A stretch of 64,000 nt of DNA, taken from the NCBI GenBank assembly GCA_963668025.2, contig CAXXTH010000017.1, positions 320,001 to 384,000 on the forward strand, written 5' to 3'. Positions 10,643 through 18,477 of this stretch are shown here, piece after piece. Made by a program: the position numbers and the translations under genes. This stretch comes from Candidatus Hydrogenedentota bacterium. Its GTDB lineage: Bacteria > Hydrogenedentota > Hydrogenedentia > Hydrogenedentales > SLHB01. Numbering within the stretch: the first letter of the stretch is position 1; each line of letters begins with the position of its first letter. A model generated the notes under the pieces. It was not told where the DNA came from. It saw nothing but the letters and a program-made list of their open reading frames with translations, and searched no databases.

Positions 10643-12321
10643 TGCCCAAGAAAAAAACGCATGACCGGCAGGACGGAAGCTCACTCATTATCGAGTACAA
10701 CCTACACGATTTGCCCACCGCCCAGCACAAAGCAGGACTCGCCGGGCTTGTGCTTATGCTCCGCTCCATGGAAATGCGTGAATTATCGCCCATTCCCAAA
10801 ATCCTCGAACTCACACCATCCACGCTGAAATTGGAAGTCACCGAGAAAAGCCTCCAAACTTTATTCGACGATCTTTACGACGCGGAATGGGTCGAAGAGC
10901 CATTGAAAAAAAAGGCAAATAAAGCGGACTCAACACTACCGGAAGAAGACGATGATAATGCGGAAGAAGGAGAAAATGGTGGAACCGAAAAGGGAATAAA
11001 AGTTTCACCAAAAGGTAAATTCTGGGAACCTCTTCTACCTCAGGATAACGCCGTTTGGGTGGAACTGTGGCGAGATATGCTTTGGCAAACACTTCGCGGA
11101 AAAGATAGACAACGGAATGACTATAAGAAACGCGCTAATGGAAATGCATACAGCAAAAATCCTTGGAATGATCTAAAAAATGCCATTGAAGCAAGAAGCA
11201 AAAACAAACTCGTTACAGGTAAAAAAATTGCCGGTACGCTATTCGTTGGTGCGCAAGAACACAACGCTGAATATATAGATTTCCAAGGCACAATTCATCA
11301 CAATTTACTTCTGCATTTCTGGACATTGGCATGTCGCGTGTATTGTCCATCAACTATTGATATAAAGAATGGCACATTGTCTTACGAAGGCTTTGTGCTC
11401 GTCATTCCAGAACCGGCGGCTCTAGATGCTTTTCTCGAAGAAATGGCAGATGCATGGCGGACCATCGAAACAAGAATTGTAAAATACCGACCAGCGGCGG
11501 CGCAGATTGATGTGCCGGAGGAAGGAGGGCTTGATTTCCTGTACTCATTGGCGCACGCAAAGGTCCGGCAATGCCCCGTTACTGACCTCGTTGCGGCAAT
11601 CGAATTCTGCTTTCTCAAAAGAAAAGGTAATAACATCAACATGAAGGATTATGGACGGATCATTCCAACCCAGAACATAGTAGAACAATATGAGGAAATC
11701 CGTAATCGCGTGTTCAATCCATTGTTTAAGGCGGTGCGTTTGCGAAACGTGCTTTCAGGTACATCCTGGTTTGGTGGGATGGATGACGCATTTTCTTCGT
11801 TTCCTAGGGAGTTCTTTGTATCAACAGATAAAACGCCGAGAAAGCTGTATTTTTTCGGGATTGACGTTCAAAGGGAGTTTAGACAAATCGAAAATCGTTG
11901 CCAAGCATTGGCGGCCATGAAGGGAGGTGAAGATATTATGAAGGAAAACTTCGACGAGATACTGGCGCGGCGTGTGTATGTGCTCATTCGGAGTTATGTG
12001 CAATGCCGCACGAAAGAACGTTCGGGTTGTAAGGACGACGATTTCAAAAACAATAAGAATGAAAAGGGGCAGATCATCTATCCACCGGACTACCGCGAAG
12101 CGCGCGAAAAGGTATGTTCGGACGCCTTTCTAGCCATGCGCGGACGCACCGATAACGATTTCGTTACCTATTTTGCAGGCACGATATGCTCTATCCCCCA
12201 ATTTCTACGCGAGGAAGACTATGTGCTTGTAACACAGGCATTGATGACGAATTGGGAAATGGTAAAGACCTTGTCCATGCTTGCATTGTCAGCCCATTCC
12301 TACTTATCGCAACCAGACTAA
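10642..12321 (+). CDS. cas8: Type I-MYXAN large subunit Cas8/Cmx8
   Basis: LPTAQHKAGLAGL, WRDMLWQ and LLLHFW motifs plus C-terminal AFLAMRGRT..FV.YF.GTICS. Lies between cas3 and cas7. Confidence 0.9.
   Translation: MPKKKTHDRQDGSSLIIEYNLHDLPTAQHKAGLAGLVLMLRSMEMRELSPIPKILELTPSTLKLEVTEKSLQTLFDDLYDAEWVEEPLKKKANKADSTLPEEDDDNAEEGENGGTEKGIKVSPKGKFWEPLLPQDNAVWVELWRDMLWQTLRGKDRQRNDYKKRANGNAYSKNPWNDLKNAIEARSKNKLVTGKKIAGTLFVGAQEHNAEYIDFQGTIHHNLLLHFWTLACRVYCPSTIDIKNGTLSYEGFVLVIPEPAALDAFLEEMADAWRTIETRIVKYRPAAAQIDVPEEGGLDFLYSLAHAKVRQCPVTDLVAAIEFCFLKRKGNNINMKDYGRIIPTQNIVEQYEEIRNRVFNPLFKAVRLRNVLSGTSWFGGMDDAFSSFPREFFVSTDKTPRKLYFFGIDVQREFRQIENRCQALAAMKGGEDIMKENFDEILARRVYVLIRSYVQCRTKERSGCKDDDFKNNKNEKGQIIYPPDYREAREKVCSDAFLAMRGRTDNDFVTYFAGTICSIPQFLREEDYVLVTQALMTNWEMVKTLSMLALSAHSYLSQPD
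11938..12321 (+). CDS. cas11: Putative Cas11 small subunit translated from an internal start inside cas8
   Basis: GGAGGT at 11923-11928, 9 nt before an in-frame ATG (11938). The product would be 127 aa and helical (MKENFDEILARRVY...). Internal Cas11 translation is established for type I-B/I-C/I-D. Confidence 0.7.
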   Translation: MKENFDEILARRVYVLIRSYVQCRTKERSGCKDDDFKNNKNEKGQIIYPPDYREAREKVCSDAFLAMRGRTDNDFVTYFAGTICSIPQFLREEDYVLVTQALMTNWEMVKTLSMLALSAHSYLSQPD

Positions 12322-12343
12322 AAAAGGGAAGGAGACATTACCA

Positions 12344-13273
12344 ATGAACCTTTTTGCATCTATTTTGACGAACATCGCTCCGAGCGCGAATTATCGTGGG
12401 GAAAGCGCTGAAAACAGAGCAGTAATTCAGAAGATAACCAAAGGTCGCCACGAATATGCGATTATTTCGCCTGAAGCGATACGCAATGCATTACGGGAGA
12501 CGGTAAAGGAGTTGGGATTGCCCTGCAATCGCGAACGTCTGGGCGACGAAGAACAGCTTGCTGTGAAGTTTCAGGACTATCCAAATGCCGACAAATACGC
12601 AGATGATTTTTTTATGGGATGGCTAGTAGCGGCAGGGAAAAAGGACAGGGAAAAGATAATCAAGGAACTGGAAAAAGAAAGTAAAGAACGAGCCACTCAT
12701 TTCACGTTCAAACGCGACAGTATTCTGCGGATGAATATGGCCGTTGCACTCGAACCTTATCGCCACAACAGCGTGTTTACACAATCTCCACAGAATGTCG
12801 ATAGCCCCTGGGCCAATGCGGAGAATTCCGGACTGCTTCACCGAGAGACCGTCGTCACGGCATACCAATATCCCTTCGCCTTGAACATAGAGGAATGCCG
12901 GGCTCAGGCGGAGTGGACAAAGACGTTGCTACAAGCCATTGGGCAACTTAACGGCGTCGCGGGAAATCATGCTCGCAGCTATTTCGAGTTCGCACCTGCC
13001 AGCATTGTAGTCCGGCTAACCAAGCAGTTAGTTGCAGGATATGACACTTACGGATTCCGAATCACGGACGAGGGAGTGCACCAAGCGCCGGAGATTATCG
13101 AAGGCATCTTGAAAGAGGACTATCCAGGCAGCGAGTTTTATCTCGCGGGTAAATTGGTCAAAGACTTATCCGATGAGGATAGAGATGCGTTGAAGGCAAA
13201 AGGCACCTCACTTGAACGCAGTCCCCAGCGCTTGCTTGAAATCGTGGCGGCGACCGCGTTTGACGGAGCGTGA
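12344..13273 (+). CDS. cas7: Cas7/DevR
   Basis: SANYRGES..NRAVIQK, ISPEAIRNALRE and VAGNHARSYFEFAPASIV motifs; GGAG RBS. Confidence 0.92.
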   Translation: MNLFASILTNIAPSANYRGESAENRAVIQKITKGRHEYAIISPEAIRNALRETVKELGLPCNRERLGDEEQLAVKFQDYPNADKYADDFFMGWLVAAGKKDREKIIKELEKESKERATHFTFKRDSILRMNMAVALEPYRHNSVFTQSPQNVDSPWANAENSGLLHRETVVTAYQYPFALNIEECRAQAEWTKTLLQAIGQLNGVAGNHARSYFEFAPASIVVRLTKQLVAGYDTYGFRITDEGVHQAPEIIEGILKEDYPGSEFYLAGKLVKDLSDEDRDALKAKGTSLERSPQRLLEIVAATAFDGA

Positions 13274-13276
13274 ACC

Positions 13277-13963
13277 ATGCTTACTCTCTATGTTCAAGCG
13301 CCATTCGCGGTTTTTCGGACGTTCACCGCAGGCAGCTTCCGTCCAACGGCGGGGTTTATCACCCCGTCCGCGGCTTACGGTCTGTTGCTCAATGTCGCGG
13401 GTATCGAGATGCGCCATTACGATGAAGAGCAACCCATGACCCTTATCGCGAAAAACTTGCCCCATTTTGATGTGGCTCTAGGCGCGCTGCAAACACCCCT
13501 CGAACACACGCTATATCAGCAACTGCATAATTATCCCGTAGGAAGTTCGGGACAGGAGCGGGCGGAGTCATGCAAGGGCAACAAATACAACATCACGCCC
13601 GTGCGCCGTGCATTCCTATCCGATGTGCGCGGGTATATCGCAATGCGCAACAACGAAGCCCTCGAAGAACAAGTGAAGCTGGGATTGCGAGGAGAAACGC
13701 CGCATGTGTATGGCCTACCCTTTCTCGGCGACAACAACTTTCTGCTGGATCGCTTGCAGCCTGTGGGCGAGCCAGAACCTGCATGCTGGTATGAACCGCT
13801 CAAGGCTGAAGCGGAAGGGGAAGGACCACGCTTTGGCGTTACGCGCTTGACAGTTGCTATTGATCGCGCTGACATGTCGCAGACGCGTTCCACACTGTTC
13901 GCGCCGGGAAATCAAGCAACAAAGGAGATACCCGAAACTGCCTGGGTCAAGGTCGGCTACTGA
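13277..13963 (+). CDS. cas5: Cas5/DevS (MYXAN)
   Basis: YVQAPFAVFR.FTAGSFRPT, AAYGLLLN.AGIE, YQQLHNYPVG and YGLPFLGDNNF motifs. Confidence 0.92.
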   Translation: MLTLYVQAPFAVFRTFTAGSFRPTAGFITPSAAYGLLLNVAGIEMRHYDEEQPMTLIAKNLPHFDVALGALQTPLEHTLYQQLHNYPVGSSGQERAESCKGNKYNITPVRRAFLSDVRGYIAMRNNEALEEQVKLGLRGETPHVYGLPFLGDNNFLLDRLQPVGEPEPACWYEPLKAEAEGEGPRFGVTRLTVAIDRADMSQTRSTLFAPGNQATKEIPETAWVKVGY

Positions 13964-15132
13964 TGTCCAACGAACCCGAAACCGCCAGTCCGCGTGATGG
14001 CCCTGCATGCGCTGGCCTATTGCGAACGCCTCTTCTACCTTGAAGAGGTGGAAGAGATCCGTGTGGCCGATGAGCGAGTTTACGCAGGGCGGGCGCTGCA
14101 TGAGGAACTGGCAGACGAGGACGACATCACCGACTCGCGCACATTTGAACTCGAAAGTGAGGTATACGGCATTAAAGGCAAGCTCGATGCCGTGCGCCAT
14201 AGGGAGGGTGCATGGATTCCATACGAACACAAACGAGGCCGGTGTTTTCGTGGCAAGGATGGCCAGCCAGAAGCATGGCGGTCCGATGCGCTCCAAGTCG
14301 CGGCGTATGCTCTACTGCTGGAAGAATGCACCGGGAAATCACCCCCCGAGGGCCGGGTGCGCTATCATGCGGACAATCTCACGGTTCGCGTTCCAATCGA
14401 TGTGGAAATGCGAGAAGCTGTTGTAGATGCCATAGCGCGCGCACGTGAATTGCGCGTTAGCGCCGAACGCCCGCGCATCACGGAAAATGACCGGCTTTGC
14501 CTGAAATGTTCGCTTGCGCCCGTATGCCTGCCGGAGGAAGAGCGCCTCGCCACCGATCCAGAATGGGAGGCTGTGCGGCTTTTCCCACCAAATCCAGAAG
14601 GGCAGACAGTGCATGTAACCACGCCAGGTGCGCGCGTGGGCCGCTCCGGCGACACGCTGGTGATCACCGGCGAAACCGCCGATAAGGAACTGAAAACATC
14701 CATTTTAATGCGTTGCTCAGCTTTGGATACGCCCTTCTATACCGTTCTGTAATGCAAGCCGCACTTACTATCGGCCTGGAACCGGCTTTCGGCTTCTATC
14801 ATACGCCGCGTTCGAGCGCTTATCCTCTAGTGCTCGATCTGATGGAACTCTTCCGTGTACCCCTGTGGGACATACCCCTTATAGGTTCGATCAATCGCCG
14901 CCAGTGGGATCCTGCTGCTGATTTTATCTCTACCCGCGCCAAAGTGTGGCTCAGCGAACAAGGCAAGGCCAAGGCCATCGCCCTCTATGAACGCCGCCTC
15001 GCCGAACAATGGAAACATCCGGTTCTCGAATATTCATTATCGTATGCGCGAACTATCGAACTCGAAGCCCGGCTCCTTGAAAAAGAATGGACCGGGCAAC
15101 CGGGCCTGTTCGCCCGCGCAAGATTGAGGTGA
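13963..15132 (+). pseudogene. cas4-cas1: Cas4-Cas1 fusion with internal deletion and frameshift in the Cas1 part
   Basis: Cas4 motifs are intact (YCER, GKLD, YEHKRG, C..CSL..VC). Cas1 starts (TVHVTTPGARVGRSGDTL), then jumps near 14695 to FNALLSFGY...GFYH...LDLMELFR in another frame; the G-x-E-G region is absent. Confidence 0.85.
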
Positions 15133-15135
15133 GCC

Positions 15136-15420
15136 ATGCGCGCCTGGTATCTTATTAGTTATGACATCCGCGACGAAAAACGCCTTAGAAAAGTCGCCAA
15201 AAAACTCGAAGGATACGGAACACGTATGCAATACAGCCTGTTTCGATGCCAGCTATCCCCTCGCGGCCTAGAGCGCCTCAAATGGGAATTGGCCCAAATC
15301 ACGGAAAAGGAAGACAGCCTCCTCGTGATTTCGCTCTGCCAGAGTTGCACCGGAAAACTGCGCATGCAAAACCCTAAAACAGACTGGCCCGATGAAAATC
15401 AAGCCTTCACAATACTCTGA
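15136..15420 (+). CDS. cas2: CRISPR-associated Cas2
   Basis: YLISYDIRDEKRLRKV...GYGTRMQYSLF; 94 aa. Confidence 0.95.
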   Translation: MRAWYLISYDIRDEKRLRKVAKKLEGYGTRMQYSLFRCQLSPRGLERLKWELAQITEKEDSLLVISLCQSCTGKLRMQNPKTDWPDENQAFTIL

Positions 15421-15701
15421 AACCTCGATCAAGGATCTCTGCGTGAAATCCTTTCATTGCAGCGCAATCCTCATAAACCGTTCGGCCCAAAGAAGATTCA
15501 ATGCACCAACCGCTTTCGAGATACTTGAAAACCGATCTCCTGCCCTTGTAACCTCTCCTACAGCAACCATTAACCTAACCGGACGGTTTCATATATCAAC
15601 ACGGGAGAAGCGCATAATCCATTGCCCTATCCGATTTGCCTGTAGATGCTTGAAAAGCGATCTGCTAAGTGCTTCGCCTCCAATGGTTTGGAGAGGGCGC
15701 A
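15421..15701 (+). promoter_or_regulatory. CRISPR leader
   Basis: Non-coding segment between cas2 and the first repeat. Confidence 0.65.
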
Positions 15702-16309
15702 GTGAAATCACCTCTGATGCCGAAAGGCGTTGAGCACATGTATACGGGCGATGTTTCTCCGCTGGCTTCCTGTGAAATCACCTCTGATGCCGAAAGGCGT
15801 TGAGCACAAACAAACATGTTTGGATAGATATGGAGTTGAATATGTGAAATCACCTCTGATGCCGAAAGGCGTTGAGCACACGGCAGGTGGCGTACGAAGC
15901 AGGTGGGCTTTTTCGTGAAATCACCTCTGATGCCGAAAGGCGTTGAGCACCCCTCGGCGTGCAGATGGCTGAGGCCAGCCCCTACCGTGAAATCACCTCT
16001 GATGCCGAAAGGCGTTGAGCACCACGGCGGCGGTGTTACCCCTTGCAGCCCTCTCCGGTGAAATCACCTCTGATGCCGAAAGGCGTTGAGCACCCGCCAA
16101 CTGCGCCTCATTCATGGGCTGCCGCTCAAGTGAAATCACCTCTGATGCCGAAAGGCGTTGAGCACGAGGCAATCCCGGCCGGGAAATACCTGGCAAAGAT
16201 TGTGAAATCACCTCTGATGCCGAAAGGCGTTGAGCACCCGAAGCGTGAATCACAAGTCGCCACGGAGTATCTGGTGAAATCACCTCTGATGCCGAAAGGC
16301 GTTGAGCAC
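15702..16309 (+). CRISPR. CRISPR array: 9 identical 36-nt repeats GTGAAATCACCTCTGATGCCGAAAGGCGTTGAGCAC and 8 spacers of 34-36 nt
   Basis: Repeats start at 15702, 15772, 15844, 15915, 15987, 16058, 16130, 16202 and 16274. Each has an ATGCC-GAAA-GGCGT hairpin followed by a TTGAGCAC 3' end. Confidence 0.99.
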
Positions 16310-16368
16310 GAAACGGAGCCATGGCAAGCAAAATAGATCGGAAATTGGTTCTTGTCAGACATGCTCAT

Positions 16369-16590
16369 CTACAGCCATACTCCATGTAACCGCGAGATCA
16401 GGCTTTGACGATAACAGTCACAATCCTCAGCGGCGTTGATAAACATGCATCGGCCGGGCTTGATGGACAACCGTCGGACATTGTTTTCCAGACGACAGTT
16501 CTAAACAAATCGGCGCTTGTTCGCGCAATAGAGAACGGCTTCCCGTTTGAAGGCATATTGGCAACTCATGCATTGCTCCATAATGTTCAT
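16369..16590 (-). pseudogene. Small Cys-rich, phage-like protein with one in-frame TAG
   Basis: MNIMEQCMSCQYAFKREAVLYCANKRRFV*NCRL...CMFINAAEDCDCYRQ...; TAG at 16501-16503; AAGG just upstream of the ATG. Confidence 0.4.
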
Positions 16591-16703
16591 CCTTACTCTA
16601 TAGTATCTTGTAACCTTTCTGCGCATATCATTGTCATACTGTTACTACTATACTTAAAAAATCAACTTCTCTCTCCGAACAGTGCTAACTCATCCAATAG
16701 TGC

Positions 16704-16889
16704 TCAAAAGTCGATTTTCCCTTCTGTGCGTGATTTTCCCTTTCGGCGTGGCCTGGGCGTGGCCGTTTTTGGGAAGGTCTTTGCGCGCTCGCGGCGGGTC
16801 TGCTTGATGACTTCGTCCGCGTAGTGTTCGGCCAGCTTCATGAAGGCCTGGTAGACATTGATGGCCTCTTGCAGGAACTCGGTTTCGTG
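16704..16889 (-). pseudogene. GC-rich remnant resembling the C-terminus of an IS helper (DUF6788-like) ORF
   Basis: HETEFLQEAINVYQAFMKLAEHYADEVIKQTRRERAK...; no start codon; abuts the truncated terS. Confidence 0.4.
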
Positions 16890-17059
16890 CCATCTCGATC
16901 TATCTCTTTTTGCGCTTCCCTATATTCCTGGAACGCTTCAAGCGCAAGCGTGAGATGAAACTGTTTATGTGTTTCAAGCGCACGCTCTGATAAAATGCGC
17001 TTCCACTCCTTCTTAGCTTCCTTATCTATAATGGAAGGTGGACAAGGCGTTATATTCAT
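16890..17059 (-). pseudogene. Phage terminase small subunit (P27-like) fragment
   Basis: PPSIIDKEAKKEWKRI...YREAQKEIDRDG fits the P27 terS pattern; AAGGAG RBS; truncated after about 56 aa. Confidence 0.6.
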
Positions 17060-17601
17060 GTGTTTCTCCTTTAATAGTGTTAATATCGATAAATAGTGGA
17101 TTTCCGGGGGCCTGAAAAATTCGACTTTCATACGCGGAAAGCTGGGCGCGAGGTCTTCCGTCCGAAATCGTATACTTTTACTATCCCCCTAGTACAGTCC
17201 GCACGGGCAAAGTGATACAGATTTCCGTCAACTTCACTTGACATTTGCTGTCAATATACGCATTATTCATACACAAAAAATCTTTTGGAAAAATCTTTTG
17301 AAATCGATCAAAGACATATTGTCTTCGAGTATCAGACGCATATTCGATTGAACAATTTGTTTGAACAAAGAAGATGCATCATGCATGCAACCTTGCCTCT
17401 CTCTATATGCGTACCCACTAGGGGTATTAAAAAAACATCATTGTCCAAAACAACACGAATCAAATATCTCAAACACATTCCACCAAGGAACAAACACAAC
17501 TAACAAATATGTTTGCAATATCCATGCATCCATTCAATGAAGCAACATACTAATCACTCTCATGAAATAGAAATGAAAATGAAACGAAGATCTGGTGAAT
17601 C

Positions 17602-17814
17602 ATGCGTGAAGGAACATTCACAGATTCTTATGGGAAAGACTCCACAAACAATGCAGTGGTGATCATTATGAACAAAGATGAATTCGAGAAATATAACTGG
17701 CAAGGCTTAACTGGTAGGCCTATCTTGGAGCAATTCGAGAGTTCATGTGAAACGTTTTCGATTCACCCCGGTATTCAAAAGGAAATCGATCCCAAGGATA
17801 TTATTTTTTACTGA
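17602..17814 (+). pseudogene. AT-rich hypothetical protein fragment
   Basis: GTFTDSYGKDSTNNAVVIIMNKDEFEKYNW reads like the C-terminus of a longer protein; upstream frames are broken. Confidence 0.35.
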
Positions 17815-17894
17815 ATAGTATAATAACTAGTACGGCCCTATTTTTCTATCCAATTTTTGGACAACTTACATGTGTTTTGATGGATCTTAACGTC

Positions 17895-17923
17895 TTGACA
17901 AAAAATGCCTGATATGATATAAC
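17895..17923 (+). promoter_or_regulatory. Sigma70-type promoter with extended -10
   Basis: TTGACA (17895)-N17-TATAAC (17918), with TG at 17915-17916. Confidence 0.55.
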
Positions 17924-17993
17924 TATCGATATCGCAAGGAGTTAGGGCAATGATGTGCGCTAATGCACGTAAAGGTAATTTGGCATTGTGTTC

Positions 17994-18368
17994 CGCGAAT
18001 GGATACGAATGCATGGCAAACCTCCGTTAGGGGGAGCATTTTTTTAGACAGGATTTACACGATCTTGAGAGTGCCGAGTTCTCATTGTGGAAGACCCCGT
18101 TCTTTCATAGGTTTGCGAGTGTGCCACCAATTAAACGGTGGTGGAAGTCTTGCATATCTATCGAAAAAAGATACCTTCTTTTGTCAATGTCTTCTTTTTG
18201 GTTATTTTGCGCATCGGGATCGCCAGAGAACTCGGCACTCTCAAGACAAGACTTTTTTAAAGGCAATTCCGCTGCATGAAAGATACACACTCGCTTTTTT
18301 CATGGTTTTGCTTTATGAAGAATCGTTGTGATCTTTTCCAATCTTGTCAATCATGTGAATCATGTCTA
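17994..18368. repeat. Modular palindromic intergenic element (related copy at 48343-48548)
   Basis: 17994-18063 aligns ungapped (55/70 by hand) with the reverse complement of 48461-48530. TAGACAGGATTTACACGAT has an inverted partner at about 18350-18368. Confidence 0.75.
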
Positions 18369-18477
18369 CAAAAGCTTGCCTGAGCGGAAAGTACGCCAAT
18401 GGAATTCTTATCCGCCTTTTAGGTACCCTTGTATCTACAGGGAGTCTGTGGAACAGAGCGAATCAGAGGGACGAGCG

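Noticed and set aside
15738-16273. Self-targeting spacers
   Set aside because: No match found by eye within the window. The rest of the genome is untested.
15665-16368. Repetitive ORFs (VKSPLMPKGVEH, AQRLSASEVIS)
   Set aside because: They are translations of the CRISPR repeats.
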